DNA from: an uncultured Actinomycetota bacterium
GTDB lineage: Bacteria > Actinomycetota > Actinomycetes > Actinomycetales > Microbacteriaceae
NCBI GenBank assembly: GCA_963758615.1
Contig: CAVWVZ010000011.1
Location: forward strand, 302,369-366,368
Direction of reading: 5' to 3'
Length of the DNA stretch: 64,000 bases
Shown here: positions 19,143 to 29,503 of the stretch, piece by piece
Layout: the number at the start of each line of letters is the position of its first letter
How positions within the stretch are numbered: the stretch's first letter is position 1
Notes under the pieces: generated by a model
Database searches by the model: none
Told to the model about the DNA's origin: nothing
Seen by the model: the letters and a program-made list of their open reading frames with translations, nothing else
Position numbers and translations under genes: made by a program

Positions 19143-20159
19143 TCAGAGCGCCCGCAGCCGCGGCGCGAGGTCGCGGGCGAACAGTTCCTGGAACCGCAAC
19201 TGGTCGTGCCCGGGCGCGTGGAACACCAGGTGGTTGAAGCCCCAGTCGACGTACTGCTTGATCCCCGCGACGACCTCGTCGGGGTCGCTGCCGACGATCC
19301 AGCGCTTGGCGATCTGCTCGATCGGCAGGGCGTCGGCGGCGCGCTCCATCTCGACGGGGTCGGTGATGCTGTGCTTCTGCTCGGTCGAGAGCGACAGGGG
19401 CGACCAGAACCGCGTGTTCTCGAGTGCCGCCGTGGCGTCGGTGTCGTACGAGACCTTGATCTCGATCATGCGGTCGAGCGCGTCATAGGAACGGCCGCCC
19501 GCCTCGACGCCCTCCTTCACGGCCGGGATCAGCTGGTCGACGTAGAGCTCGGCACCCTTGCCCGACGTGCAGATGAACCCGTCGCCGGCACGGCCGGCGT
19601 ACTTCGCCACGGTCGGCCCGCCAGCGGCGATGTACACGGGCACCGGGACATCCGGACGGTCGTAGATCGACGCGTCATGCGTGGAGTAGTAGTCGCCCTC
19701 GAAGTTGACGCGCTCGTCCTTCCACAGCGCCCGCATCAGCCGCACCGACTCGCGCAGCCGCGCGAATCGCTCGCGGAACTCGGGCCAGTCCTGCTCGCCC
19801 GCACCGCGGAACCCGGTGGCGATCTCGTTGAGCGCCTCACCCGTGCCGAAGCCCGCGATGATGCGCCCGGGGTAGAGCACGCCGAGCGACGCGAACGCCT
19901 GCGCGAGCACCGCCGGGTTGTACCGGAACGTCGGCGTCATCACGCTCGTGCCGATCCGGATCGTCGACGTTCGCTCGCCGACGGCGGCCATCCAGGCGAG
20001 CGAGAACGGGGCGTGACCGCCCTCGTGCCGCCACGGCTGGAAGTGGTCGCTCGTGAACACCGACTCGAAGCCGTTGGCCTCGGCGGCGACCGCGATCTCG
20101 ACGAGCTCGCGTGGCGCGAACTGCTCGGCCGAGGCCTTGTATCCGAGGGTGAGCGTCAT
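19143..20159 (-). CDS. fgd: F420-dependent glucose-6-phosphate dehydrogenase
   Basis: [65 protein letters not shown]. Confidence 0.95.
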   Translation of the reverse strand: MTLTLGYKASAEQFAPRELVEIAVAAEANGFESVFTSDHFQPWRHEGGHAPFSLAWMAAVGERTSTIRIGTSVMTPTFRYNPAVLAQAFASLGVLYPGRIIAGFGTGEALNEIATGFRGAGEQDWPEFRERFARLRESVRLMRALWKDERVNFEGDYYSTHDASIYDRPDVPVPVYIAAGGPTVAKYAGRAGDGFICTSGKGAELYVDQLIPAVKEGVEAGGRSYDALDRMIEIKVSYDTDATAALENTRFWSPLSLSTEQKHSITDPVEMERAADALPIEQIAKRWIVGSDPDEVVAGIKQYVDWGFNHLVFHAPGHDQLRFQELFARDLAPRLRAL

Positions 20160-20851
20160 CTGGTTCCCTTTCGATCGGCGAGGTGCGCGACGACTTCGGC
20201 GGTGTGGTCGCCGACTCCATGGTGCAGCACGGCCTCGAGCGCGTCGACCGTGTCGACGTCGTGCGTGAGTCCGGTGAGGTCGGATGCCGCGAGCTCGACG
20301 AACCCGGCAGCCATGTGCCGCGCCGCGGAGTTGGGGCCGAAGAGTGGCTGGAACGCGGCGACTTCGTCGGCATCGCCTCCCGCGGCGACCGGAACGGCGG
20401 TCGCGAGCGTCGTGCCGGTTCCGTCGGCGTCGCGCACGAACGCGAGCGGATGCCGCGCCGCGGCCTCGAGCGCGGAGTGGAGCTCATCGGGGCGCAGCGC
20501 CGGGAGGTCGCCCAGCAGCACCGCGATACCGCCCTTGCGGTCGTGGAGGCGCGCGTGCGCGATGCCGTGCGCGATCGCGCGGCCGAGGCTGCGGGGTTCG
20601 ACGACGGGCTCCGCGAGGAACTCGGCCCCACCGGCGAGCGCGGGGTCGTCGCCGACCACGATGACGCGCGCGACCGAACCCGCCGCCAGCGCGGCTGCGA
20701 TCGTGTCGAGCGCGAACGCCCCGGCGAGCATCACCCGGGCGTCGTCGGCGACCGCGGGCGAGAGCCGGGTCTTGCCCGCCGGAGCGCTCTTCACGGGGAT
20801 CACGACGGTCCACGAGAGCGGCGCGGGCGAGACATCCGCCGCCCCGGTCAC
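20156..20851 (-). CDS. cofC: Phosphoenolpyruvate / 2-phospho-L-lactate guanylyltransferase CofC (FbiD)
   Basis: [45 protein letters not shown]. Confidence 0.92.
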   Translation of the reverse strand: MTGAADVSPAPLSWTVVIPVKSAPAGKTRLSPAVADDARVMLAGAFALDTIAAALAAGSVARVIVVGDDPALAGGAEFLAEPVVEPRSLGRAIAHGIAHARLHDRKGGIAVLLGDLPALRPDELHSALEAAARHPLAFVRDADGTGTTLATAVPVAAGGDADEVAAFQPLFGPNSAARHMAAGFVELAASDLTGLTHDVDTVDALEAVLHHGVGDHTAEVVAHLADRKGTR

Positions 20852-21846
20852 GAACGCAACCCGGGCAGCACCTCGCGGCCGAACACGTCGAGGAACCCGC
20901 GCTGGTCACGGCCCGCGTTGTGCAGGTAGATGCGGTCGAAGCCGAGGTCGAGGTGACGCTGGATGGCCGCGCGGTGCACGTCGGGGTCCGCCGAGACGAC
21001 CATGCGGTCGGTGAAGTCCTCGGGGCGCACGGTGCGCGCGAACTGCTCGAACTCGAACGGCGAGCGGATGTCGCTTCGCGGGAATCGCATGCCCCCGTTC
21101 GGCCACTCGGTGAGCGCGTTGCGCATCGCCTGCTCGTCGGTCGCGGCCCACGACAGGTGCAGCTGCAACACCTTCGGCATCGTGTCGGCGTCGCGGCCGC
21201 CCTCGCGCGCACCCTCGCGGAAGCGCGTGAGCAGCGTCGCGAGCTTCTCGATCGGAGCGCCCGTCGTGATCATGCCGTCGACCGTGCGGCCGGCGCGACG
21301 GGCGGTGATCGGCCCCGACGCGGCGACGAGGATCGGCGGGGCGACGGCCGGCATCGTCCAGAGCCGGGCCGCCTCGAGCGTGAAATGCGGGCCGGAGTGG
21401 CGCACGTCGCGGCCCGCGATCGACCCCGAGAAGAGCTTCTTGATCAGGTCGACGGCCTCGAACATGCGGTTGATGCGCTCGGGCGCCTCGGGCCAGTACT
21501 CGCCGACGACGTGCTCGTTGAGCGCGTCGCCGGATCCGATGCCGAGCCAGGTGCGGCCGGGGTAGAGCGCCGCCTGGGTCGCGGCGGCCTGGGCGACGAC
21601 CGCAGGATGCATGCGGAACGTCGGGGTCGTCACGCCAGGACCGAGGTCGCCCGTCGTGCGGGCGCCGATCGCCGCGAGCACGCTCCACACGAACGACGAC
21701 TCGCCCTGCGACGGCACCCATGGCTGGAAGTGGTCGCTCGCCATCGTGCCGCGGAACCCGTGCGCTTCGGCGAGCGCCGAGTACTCGACGGCGTCGGCAG
21801 GGGGGAAGCGCTCGAGCATCGCGGCGTATCCGATGTGGGCTGGCAC
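20848..21846 (-). CDS. F420-dependent LLM-class oxidoreductase (TIGR03557-like)
   Basis: [45 protein letters not shown]; GTG start at 21846. Confidence 0.88.
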   Translation of the reverse strand: MPAHIGYAAMLERFPPADAVEYSALAEAHGFRGTMASDHFQPWVPSQGESSFVWSVLAAIGARTTGDLGPGVTTPTFRMHPAVVAQAAATQAALYPGRTWLGIGSGDALNEHVVGEYWPEAPERINRMFEAVDLIKKLFSGSIAGRDVRHSGPHFTLEAARLWTMPAVAPPILVAASGPITARRAGRTVDGMITTGAPIEKLATLLTRFREGAREGGRDADTMPKVLQLHLSWAATDEQAMRNALTEWPNGGMRFPRSDIRSPFEFEQFARTVRPEDFTDRMVVSADPDVHRAAIQRHLDLGFDRIYLHNAGRDQRGFLDVFGREVLPGLRS

Positions 21847-22940
21847 CCCTCCATCCTCCCGCAGCCGCCGGTCGAGGTAGCGACGCAGGAGCGTATCGAG
21901 ACGCACCCGCCGGTCGAGTAGCGACGCAGGAGCGTATCGAGACGCACCGCCGGTCGAGTAGCGACGCAGGAGCGTATCGAGACCCACCCGCCGGTCGAGT
22001 AGCGACGCAGGAGCGTATCGAGACGCACCGCCGGTCGAGTAGCGACGCAGGAGCGTATCGAGACCTCGACACGGGGGTCTCGATACGGCGCTGGCGCGCC
22101 TACTCGACCGACGGGAGGTGCTGGCGCGCCTACTCGACCGACGGGAGCGGCGCGCTGACGGGCTCCGGCGAGCGGCCCCTCGGCCTGCGCCTCGTCGAAG
22201 CCGGCGCGGTAGCCCTCGTCGTAGGCCTCGTCGGCACCCTGGCGGAACAGGTCGCGTTCGGCGGGCCGCTGGATCGACCGCGCGCCGGGCAGGTCGAGGT
22301 CGCCGACGTACTGGCCGAGCCCGCGCACCACCGCCACGGGCACCCCGGCCGACTTGCCCTTGACGAGCTCGGCCGCCCCCGCGATCTCGTCGGCGACGCA
22401 GGGCATCGTGACGGCGAGGGCCTTGCCCGAGGCATCCGCGTGCCCTCGGAGGTCTTCGAAGATGTATACGCCCGCGGCGCCGATCGCGATGTCGGTCTGC
22501 CCCTCGCGCCACGGCCTGCCGAGCGTGTCCGACAGGATCACGCCGACGCGCGCGCCCGTGAGCGCGCGCAGGCCGGTGGCGAGCGCCCGTGCCGACGCGT
22601 CGGGGTCGACCGGCAGCAGCAGCACCGTGCCCTCGGGCGCGTTCGAGGCGTCGACGCCTGCTGCGGCGCCGATGATGCCCTGGCGGTTCTCGACGATGCG
22701 CGTGACTCCGGACTCGTGCTCGCGGATCGCCACGACCCGCACGGTCTCGGCGATGATCGCCTGCTCGCGGTCGTCGGCCTGCACGACGCGTCCTTCGGCC
22801 TTCGAGACGATCTTCGACGTGACGACGAGGATGTCGCCGTCACCGAGCTCGGTCGCGTCTGCGATGACCGCGGCCAGGTCGTCGCCCGCCGCGATCTCGG
22901 GAATGCCCTCGACACCCTCGATGCGATACTCCACTGCCAC
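21630..22940 (-). CDS. cofE: Coenzyme F420-0:L-glutamate ligase CofE; homology ends near 22200, and as sequenced the frame reads through the REP array
   Basis: [65 protein letters not shown]; no FbiB-type nitroreductase domain. Confidence 0.9.
   Translation of the reverse strand: MAVEYRIEGVEGIPEIAAGDDLAAVIADATELGDGDILVVTSKIVSKAEGRVVQADDREQAIIAETVRVVAIREHESGVTRIVENRQGIIGAAAGVDASNAPEGTVLLLPVDPDASARALATGLRALTGARVGVILSDTLGRPWREGQTDIAIGAAGVYIFEDLRGHADASGKALAVTMPCVADEIAGAAELVKGKSAGVPVAVVRGLGQYVGDLDLPGARSIQRPAERDLFRQGADEAYDEGYRAGFDEAQAEGPLAGARQRAAPVGRVGAPAPPVGRVGAPAPYRDPRVEVSIRSCVATRPAVRLDTLLRRYSTGGWVSIRSCVATRPAVRLDTLLRRYSTGGCVSIRSCVATSTGGCGRMEGCQPTSDTPRCSSASPLPTPSSTRRSPKRTGSAARWRATTSSHGCRRRASRRSCGACSRRSAPARRATSVLA
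21865..22144. repeat. Five tandem 40-41-bp REP-like units plus an inverted cluster
   Basis: (CCGCCGGTCGAGTAGCGACGCAGGAGCGTATCGAGACsCAc)x5 from 21865 to ~22065, then GGTCTCGATAC...CCTACTCGACC with a duplicated tail. Confidence 0.9.
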
Positions 22941-23054
22941 CGCGCTCCCCTCGTGCTGCCTCGATCTTTGCAGCACCTGGCGCGCCGATGCCAGAATTCG
23001 GCTGGCGGGGCGTTTCCTCGGGGGCCACCGTCCCGAGGAAGAGAGGGAGCCGCC

Positions 23055-23450
23055 ATGACCGAGGCGGTACAACCGCACGATTCCAATCCGACCTCGGCAC
23101 CGCCGAAGCGGCCCCTCGTGGTCTGGGACCTCGTGCTCACCATCGTGCTCCTGGTGCTGATGGTCGGCGCGGCGCTCATCGCGTCGTTCCTCTCCTTCTT
23201 CCTCGCGTTCGCGAGCGACTCGTGCGGCGCAAGCGCAGTCTGCGACTACGACCGCATTGCAACCGGCATGCTCGTCGCGATGATCGGGCCGCTCCTCGTC
23301 GGGCTGATCGCACTTGTCGCCGCCGTCATCGTGCTCGTCCTGAAGCGCATCGCGTTCTGGATCCCCATCGCGGGGATCGTGCTGATCGGCGCGATCTTCG
23401 TCGGTGCCGTCGCTCTGACCGCCTCTGGCGTGTCCATGGCGAGTGCGTAG
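23055..23450 (+). CDS. Small membrane protein (DUF6264-like)
   Basis: GGGAG RBS; four hydrophobic segments; [10 protein letters not shown] and FASDSCG..CDYD. Confidence 0.75.
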   Translation: MTEAVQPHDSNPTSAPPKRPLVVWDLVLTIVLLVLMVGAALIASFLSFFLAFASDSCGASAVCDYDRIATGMLVAMIGPLLVGLIALVAAVIVLVLKRIAFWIPIAGIVLIGAIFVGAVALTASGVSMASA

Positions 23451-23501
23451 CTCTCGCGCAAGGGGTTGAGTCGGTGGCTGCCGCCGTGGCTACGATCGAA
23501 C

Positions 23502-24095
23502 ATGAACGCCCGTCACTCCCGCCCGATCTCACCGGAATCCGACCCCGATCCCGCGCCCTCCGAGCAAGAGGCGCGGCCGGACCTCCGTCGCGACTTCGAC
23601 CACGGTGACGGGCGCGATGAGACGCCGAACGAGCGCAGCGACCGCAACTGGAACGACATCCTCCAGGAGCTGCGCGTCGCACTCAACGGCACCCAGCTCA
23701 TCGGCGGCTTCCTGCTCGCGGTCGCGTTCCAGCCCCGATTCGACGAGCTCGACACCTACCAGCTCACCCTCTACCTCGTCCTGGTGTCGCTGGCCGGCCT
23801 CGCGACGGTCGTCGGCCTGGCTCCCGTCACGCTGCACCGCACACTCTTCCGACGTCAAGTGAAGGAACGCGTCGTGCGCATCGGGAACCGGCTCCTCATC
23901 GGGCACCTGATCGTCGTCGCACTGCTCGTGATCGGGGTGTCCAGCCTGATCTTCGATTGGGCGCTCTCGCGCACCGCCGGGATCATCGCGCTGGTCGTCG
24001 GCGTGATCGTGCTCGTCGCGCTCTGGGTGGTGCTGCCGCGCCTCGTACTCGCCATGGGCGGGGAGGACGACCCCGCGGACATCGCGGCGGAATAG
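23502..24095 (+). CDS. DUF6328 family membrane protein
   Basis: ETPNERSDRNWNDILQELRVALNGTQLIGGFLLAVAFQPRF, LAPVTLHR; leaderless ATG after TACGAT. Confidence 0.85.
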   Translation: MNARHSRPISPESDPDPAPSEQEARPDLRRDFDHGDGRDETPNERSDRNWNDILQELRVALNGTQLIGGFLLAVAFQPRFDELDTYQLTLYLVLVSLAGLATVVGLAPVTLHRTLFRRQVKERVVRIGNRLLIGHLIVVALLVIGVSSLIFDWALSRTAGIIALVVGVIVLVALWVVLPRLVLAMGGEDDPADIAAE

Positions 24096-24251
24096 CGGAG
24101 GAGACGATCCGCGGGCGGGCACTCCTCAGCGCCCGCGCGTCGGTTCGGACCCGATACCCCGTTCGGGGGGTGGCGCGGGGTACTCAGGAGTCCTTACGAT
24201 GCCGCCTATGTGCGCCTGGATCGGCGCCCGAACCCTACGAAGGACAATTCA

Positions 24252-25790
24252 ATGACCCGAACCCCGCACGGCGCGCCGTGGCGCGTTGCGGCTTCCGCCG
24301 CTGCCGCCTGCGCGCTCCTGTTCGCCGGCACCACCACCGCGTTCGCCGACGAACCCCCGCCCGCCTCCCCCACCATCCCCGTCGAATCGCGCCACGTCCC
24401 CGCGGCGGCCGCGCAGCCCTCCGCAGAACAGCGGGCGGGCACCGCCGCCGACCCGACGACGCCCCGGAACAGGAGCCTCGGGATGTCGGCCGCCGACGCC
24501 GCCGCAGAGATCGGCGACGACGCCGTCGCGCGGATCACGGCGGGCACGGGCTCGATCTCGGGCACGATCACGAAACTCATCGACTACAAGGCGGACGCTC
24601 CGCTGAGCGGCGCCACCGTGACGGCACACACGTACGACGGGCCGCCCACCGACGTTCTGTCGCCAGCCCTCGCAACCGCGACAAGCGGTGCCGACGGCTC
24701 GTACACGCTCACCGGGCTCAGCACCGGCTCGTATGTCGTGCTCGTCAAGCACACCGCTTCGGGCTCGAAGCTGCTGCCCGACTTCTACCCGAACGCCGCG
24801 TACGCGTCGCAGGCGGAGGCGGTTCAGGTCACCGACGGTCAGGACACGCCCTCGATCGACGAGTTGCTCGCGCCGCTCCTCAGCGGCTACGTCGCGGGCG
24901 CGTCGCGTTACGAGACCTCTGCCGCCATCGCGGCCGAGTTCCAAGCGAATGTCGATTGCGTCTACCTCGCCTCCGGTGCGAACTTCCCCGACGCACTGAG
25001 CGCCGCCCCCGCCGCCGCGACCTGCGGCGGGCCGCTGCTGCTCGTCGAGCCGAACGCGGTGCCGGCGGCGATCGCCGCGCAACTCGCCCGCCTGAACCCG
25101 TCGAGCATCCACATCGCCGGCGGTACCGGCGCGGTCTCGAACGCGGTGCAGACGAAGGTGTCGCAGCTCGTCCCGGGTGCGGCCGTCTCGCGGCTCGCCG
25201 GTGCCGACCGCTACGCGACCTCGCGCGCGATCGTCGGCAAAGCGTTCGGAACGTCCGAGTTCGTCTGGATCGCGACCGGCGCGAACTTCCCCGATGCGCT
25301 GTCGGCGAGCAATGCCGCGGCGGCCTACGGCGAGCCCGTCCTGATCGTTCCCGGCACCGCGAAGTCGCTCGACAAGGCGACCATGGCCACGATCGCCGCA
25401 CGCAACCCTGCGGCCGTCGCGATCGCCGGCGGTACGGGCGTGGTCTCGACGGGGATCGAGAACCAACTCTGGAACCTGTATGGCAAGATCCGCCTGCAGG
25501 GCGCCGACCGCTACGGCACCTCGCTCGCCATCAACAAGTTCGCCTGGGACGTGCCGGAAGGCCACTCCACGTCGGTGTACGCCTTCCTGACCAACGGCAC
25601 GAAGTTCCCCGACGCACTCTCGGGTGCGGCGATGGCCGGGGGCCGATACAGTGCGCCGATGTACGCCGTGCCGCCGGCCTGCGTCCCCGACGCCGTCCAG
25701 CAGCACATCAAGGCCCTCAAGGTCTACGAGGCGTACCTGCTCGGCTACTTCTCGAAGATCTCGTTCGCCGAGCCGCTCAAGCGCTGCTGA
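24252..25790 (+). CDS. Secreted protein with a carboxypeptidase-regulatory-like beta domain and three cell wall-binding repeat 2 (CWB2) units
   Basis: Signal peptide; GSISGTIT...ADGSYTLTGLSTGSYVV; three repeats with G(A/S)DRY.TS and A(S/T)G.NFPDAL motifs. Confidence 0.88.
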   Translation: MTRTPHGAPWRVAASAAAACALLFAGTTTAFADEPPPASPTIPVESRHVPAAAAQPSAEQRAGTAADPTTPRNRSLGMSAADAAAEIGDDAVARITAGTGSISGTITKLIDYKADAPLSGATVTAHTYDGPPTDVLSPALATATSGADGSYTLTGLSTGSYVVLVKHTASGSKLLPDFYPNAAYASQAEAVQVTDGQDTPSIDELLAPLLSGYVAGASRYETSAAIAAEFQANVDCVYLASGANFPDALSAAPAAATCGGPLLLVEPNAVPAAIAAQLARLNPSSIHIAGGTGAVSNAVQTKVSQLVPGAAVSRLAGADRYATSRAIVGKAFGTSEFVWIATGANFPDALSASNAAAAYGEPVLIVPGTAKSLDKATMATIAARNPAAVAIAGGTGVVSTGIENQLWNLYGKIRLQGADRYGTSLAINKFAWDVPEGHSTSVYAFLTNGTKFPDALSGAAMAGGRYSAPMYAVPPACVPDAVQQHIKALKVYEAYLLGYFSKISFAEPLKRC

Positions 25791-25806
25791 GCCGGCACGA
25801 TCGATG

Positions 25807-25844
25807 GGGCGGATGCCTCGTGGGCGACCACGGGGCATCCGCCC
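25807..25844 (+). terminator. GC-rich hairpin with GNRA loop after the CWB2 gene
   Basis: GGGCGGATGCCTCGTGG-GCGA-CCACGGGGCATCCGCCC; no U-tract. Confidence 0.6.
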
Positions 25845-25888
25845 TCGTCGTGCTCGGGGTGTCGCCGGCCTGACCTACGCTTGAACCC

Positions 25889-26734
25889 ATGCGCATCGCC
25901 ACCTGGAACGTCAACTCGATCCGCACCCGCGTCGACCGCGTCGTCGACTGGATGGTGCGCGAAGACGTCGACGTGCTGGCCATGCAGGAGATCAAGTGCA
26001 AGCCCGAGCAGTTCCCCGCCGAGGCGTTCGAAGCGGCGGGCTATGAGCTCGCCATCCACGGGCTCAACCAGTGGAACGGGGTGGCCATCGCCAGCCGCTC
26101 GCCGATCCACGACGTCGAGACCACCTTCCCGGGCATGCCGGGGTTCCTGAAGGGCGACGAGGGCCCCGATCTTCCCAAAGAGGCGCGCGCGATGGGCGCC
26201 ACCGTCGACGGGGTGCGGCTATGGAGCCTCTACGTGCCCAACGGGCGAGCACTCGGCGACCCGCACTACACCTACAAGCTCGACTGGCTCGCCGCGCTCA
26301 CCGAGTACACGCGAGCCGAGACATCCGCTCGCCCCGACGTGCCGTTCACCCTCATGGGCGATTTCAACATCGCCCCGTTCGACATCGACAACGGCGACCC
26401 GACCGTCATCGTCGGGCAGACGACCCATGTCTCGCCGGCCGAGCGCGAGGCGTTCTTCGCGCTCGAGCAGGCCGGTGTCACCGACGTCGCCCGCGCCCGG
26501 GTTCCCGAGGGCCTCTTCACGTACTGGGACTACAAGCAGCTGCGGTTCCCGCGCAACGAGGGCATGCGCATCGACTTCGTCCTCGGCTCCACGGCGTTCG
26601 CCGCCGCGGTGACCGACGCGTCGATCCACCGCAACGAGCGCAAGGGCGTCGCGCCGAGCGATCACGTGCCGGTGCTCGTCGACCTCGCCCTCGGTGACGA
26701 CGACGGCGGCGATCTCCCGATGATCTTCGGCTGA
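25889..26734 (+). CDS. xth: Exodeoxyribonuclease III
   Basis: MRIATWNVNS, LAMQEIK, WNGVAI, LYVPNG, MGDFNIAP, MRIDFVL, SDHVPV; leaderless after TACGCT. Confidence 0.95.
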   Translation: MRIATWNVNSIRTRVDRVVDWMVREDVDVLAMQEIKCKPEQFPAEAFEAAGYELAIHGLNQWNGVAIASRSPIHDVETTFPGMPGFLKGDEGPDLPKEARAMGATVDGVRLWSLYVPNGRALGDPHYTYKLDWLAALTEYTRAETSARPDVPFTLMGDFNIAPFDIDNGDPTVIVGQTTHVSPAEREAFFALEQAGVTDVARARVPEGLFTYWDYKQLRFPRNEGMRIDFVLGSTAFAAAVTDASIHRNERKGVAPSDHVPVLVDLALGDDDGGDLPMIFG

Positions 26735-26773
26735 CTCGGCGGTCGTTCACCGAATCGGGTTACCCTCGAAAGG

Positions 26774-28085
26774 GTGACGACCCTTCCCGAGCCCGCGACC
26801 GCCGACACCTTCACCGGTGTCGTGTTCGGTGGCCGCTACCGCATCGACGGGCTCATCGGTCGAGGCGGCATGGCGTCGGTGTACCGCGGCACCGACACCG
26901 CGCTCGGCCGTGCGGTCGCCGTGAAGGTGTTCGCCGAGGCGGCCGAGGGCATCGACGACGTCGCCCGGCGCCGCTCAGAGGTGGCGCTGCTCGCGAGCGT
27001 CGAGCACCGCGCGCTCGTGCGGCTCTACGACGCCGCCCGCGACGACGCGACCGGCCGCGAATACCTCGTCATGGAGCTCGTCGACGGGCGCGACCTGCGC
27101 GAGACGCTGCGATCGGGGCCGGTCGGGCGCTGCCGATGCCGCAGGCCTCGCGGCCGACGTCGGCGAGGCACTGCACGTGATCCACTCGCGGGGCATCGTG
27201 CACCGCGACGTGAAGCCGGCGAACGTACTGCTCGAGCCGGCGCACCTGCCCACGCGCACCTGGAATGCGAAGCTCGCCGACTTCGGCATCGCGCGACTCA
27301 TCGACGACGCGCGCATCACGCGCACGGGCCTGCTCATCGGGACGCCCGGCTTCCTCAGCCCCGAGCAGGTCAGCGGCCAGCCCGCGGGCAGCGCGACCGA
27401 CGTCTACGCCCTCGGCCTGGTGCTGCTCGAGGCCCGCACCGGCAGCCCCGCCTTCCCGGGGTCAGCCGGAGAGGCGGCGAGCGCGCGGCTGGTACGCGAC
27501 CCCGACGTCCCCGATGCATTCGGGCCCGGGTGGGTCGACCTGCTGCGCGCGATGACCGCACGGGACCCCGCTGCGCGGCCGACGGCGCTCGAGGTCGCGG
27601 TCGCCGCCGCACAGCTCGACCACGGGTCATCCGCACCCGCCGTGGCCGGGGGCAACGGCGCGAGCGGCGCGAATGCGGCGTTCGCCGGCGCCGAGATCGC
27701 CGACGCCGCGACCGTCGCGGTGGACGCGCCCGACGACGGAACGGCCCCGACCCGGCGGCTGACGATGCCCGCGCCGGCCGGCGCTGCCTCCGCGGGCGAC
27801 GCCCAGGCGTTCCCGACCGCACAGACGCGGATCATGACGGCACCCGACGCCGCGCCACCCGTGCCTTCGACGCCGGCGAAGCCGCGTCGACGGCGGCGGG
27901 GGCCGCTCGCCGCCATCCTCGTGATCGTCGCGGCCGTCGTGGTCGCCGGCGTGCTGTTCCTCCCGGGCCTCATCGCCGCGATGAACCCCGAGCCGGCTGC
28001 GCCCGAACCCCTGCCCACGCTCCCCGCGGAACTCGGCGAACTGGGCGACCACCTGCAACAACTCGATGAGGCGGTGACCCCATGA
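26774..28085 (+). pseudogene. Hanks-type Ser/Thr protein kinase with a C-terminal TM, +1 frameshift at 27125-27127 (probably a sequencing error)
   Basis: Frame 1: RYRIDGLIGRGGMASVY, VAVKVF, YLVMELVDG. Frame 2: HRDVKPAN, KLADFGIA, GTPGFLSPEQ, DVYALG. Deleting one G gives a continuous kinase. Confidence 0.9.
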
Positions 28086-28522
28086 CGCGACTGCGAATCA
28101 CGCTGACGGCGACGGCCGTCACGGCCGCGCTCGCCCTCGGCCTCGGCGGGTGCGCAGCGGCACAACCGTCGCCCGCTGAAGGCCTGCACGCCTCGGTCGT
28201 GCAGATCGCCCAGCGCGCGAGCGTCGAGGACTTCACCGGCGCGATGGCCGAACTGCTGCTGCTCGAGCGAGCCGTCGATGCGGCGGTCACCGCCGGAGAG
28301 CTCGACGATGCCCGCGAGGCCGAGATCCGCGCGGCGATCGAACTCGTGCGAGCCGACCTCGATGCCGCGGCATCGCCGACACCGACGCCGACCCCGGCCG
28401 ATACCGGCAACGATGGCAACGACGGCGACGGCGACAACAGCGGTCCGGGCAACAGCGGCAACAACGGCAGCAAGGGCAACAAGGACAACAAGGACAAGGG
28501 CGGCGACGAGGACGACGACTGA
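28082..28522 (+). CDS. Lipoprotein with a Gly/Asn/Asp low-complexity tail, coupled to the kinase
   Basis: ATGA overlap with the kinase stop; lipobox LGGC; tail GNDGNDGDGDNSGPGNSGNNGSKGNKDNKDKGGDEDDD. Confidence 0.8.
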   Translation: MTRLRITLTATAVTAALALGLGGCAAAQPSPAEGLHASVVQIAQRASVEDFTGAMAELLLLERAVDAAVTAGELDDAREAEIRAAIELVRADLDAAASPTPTPTPADTGNDGNDGDGDNSGPGNSGNNGSKGNKDNKDKGGDEDDD

Positions 28523-28530
28523 GTCGGGTG

Positions 28531-28613
28531 CTGCTCGTTCAGGGGATTCTCGCGCCACGCCGTTCGGGCAGACCGACGCAGCGGCGTGTCGGCCAGATCC
28601 CCTGAACGAGCAG
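28531..28613. repeat. Perfect 17-bp inverted repeat around a 49-bp core
   Basis: CTGCTCGTTCAGGGGAT (28531-28547) / ATCCCCTGAACGAGCAG (28597-28613). Confidence 0.75.
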
Positions 28614-28673
28614 ACTCGAGCTCGCGCGAAGCGGCTGGTCCGGACCGTCGAGTGAACTGCGTAGTCTCGAGGG

Positions 28674-29492
28674 ATGCCACGCCTCACGACCCCGGGTGCC
28701 GATCTGTACTACGAGTCGAACGGGCCGGCGTCGGCACCTGCGCTGCTGCTCATTCCGGCTGGCATCGCGACGCTGCGGATGTGGGACGAGCAGGTTCCCG
28801 ATCTCGCGCGTGACCACTTCGTCGTGACCTACGACCCGCGCGGGTTCGGCGGCACCCGTCACGACCCCGCGGTGCCGTTCGCGAACCACCGCGACGCCAT
28901 CGCGGTGCTCGATCACCTCGGCGTCGCTCGCGCGACGGTGGTCGGCGCGAGCCGTGGCGGCAAGATCGCGCTCGACGTCGCACTCGATGCTCCCGACCGG
29001 GTGGCCGGTGTCGTCACGGTCGGGTCGGGCCCGAGCGGCCATCCCGATGTGCCCCCCACCGACGCCGAGCAGCGACTCGTCGACGAGATCGACGGGATCG
29101 ATCCGACGGTCGACCCCGCCCGGCTCGTTCGCCTCGAGACGTCGCTCTGGGCGGTCGGTCCGTCGCGATCCGAGTCGGCCCTCGACCCCCGATTCGTGCG
29201 ACGCGCACACGAACTGAATGCGCCGAACATCGCGCACGCAGCCGACGACGGCACGATGCTCCCGCTCGAACCGCCGGCCTTCGGCCGGCTGCGGGACATC
29301 CGCTCGCCGGCGCTCGCCATGGTCGGCGACCACGACCTGAGCGAGGTGATCGCGCAGTACGAGCACCTGATCGAACACCTTCCCGACGTGACGGGAGTCC
29401 GCTTCAGCGACGCGGCGCACCTGCCGAGCGTCGAACGACCGGAGCGGTTCCTGCAGGCGCTGCGCGACTGGCTGGGCGAGCGCGGGCTCTAG
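28674..29492 (+). CDS. Alpha/beta hydrolase
   Basis: YDPRGFGGT, nucleophile GASRGG, GDHD, AAHLPSVERP; leaderless after TAGTCT. Confidence 0.9.
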   Translation: MPRLTTPGADLYYESNGPASAPALLLIPAGIATLRMWDEQVPDLARDHFVVTYDPRGFGGTRHDPAVPFANHRDAIAVLDHLGVARATVVGASRGGKIALDVALDAPDRVAGVVTVGSGPSGHPDVPPTDAEQRLVDEIDGIDPTVDPARLVRLETSLWAVGPSRSESALDPRFVRRAHELNAPNIAHAADDGTMLPLEPPAFGRLRDIRSPALAMVGDHDLSEVIAQYEHLIEHLPDVTGVRFSDAAHLPSVERPERFLQALRDWLGERGL

Positions 29493-29503
29493 ACGCGAGC
29501 GCG

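Noticed and set aside
21865-22070. CRISPR array from the five ~40-bp repeats
   Set aside because: Units are directly adjacent with no unique spacers, no cas genes are present, and the same unit is dispersed elsewhere as a REP-like repeat.
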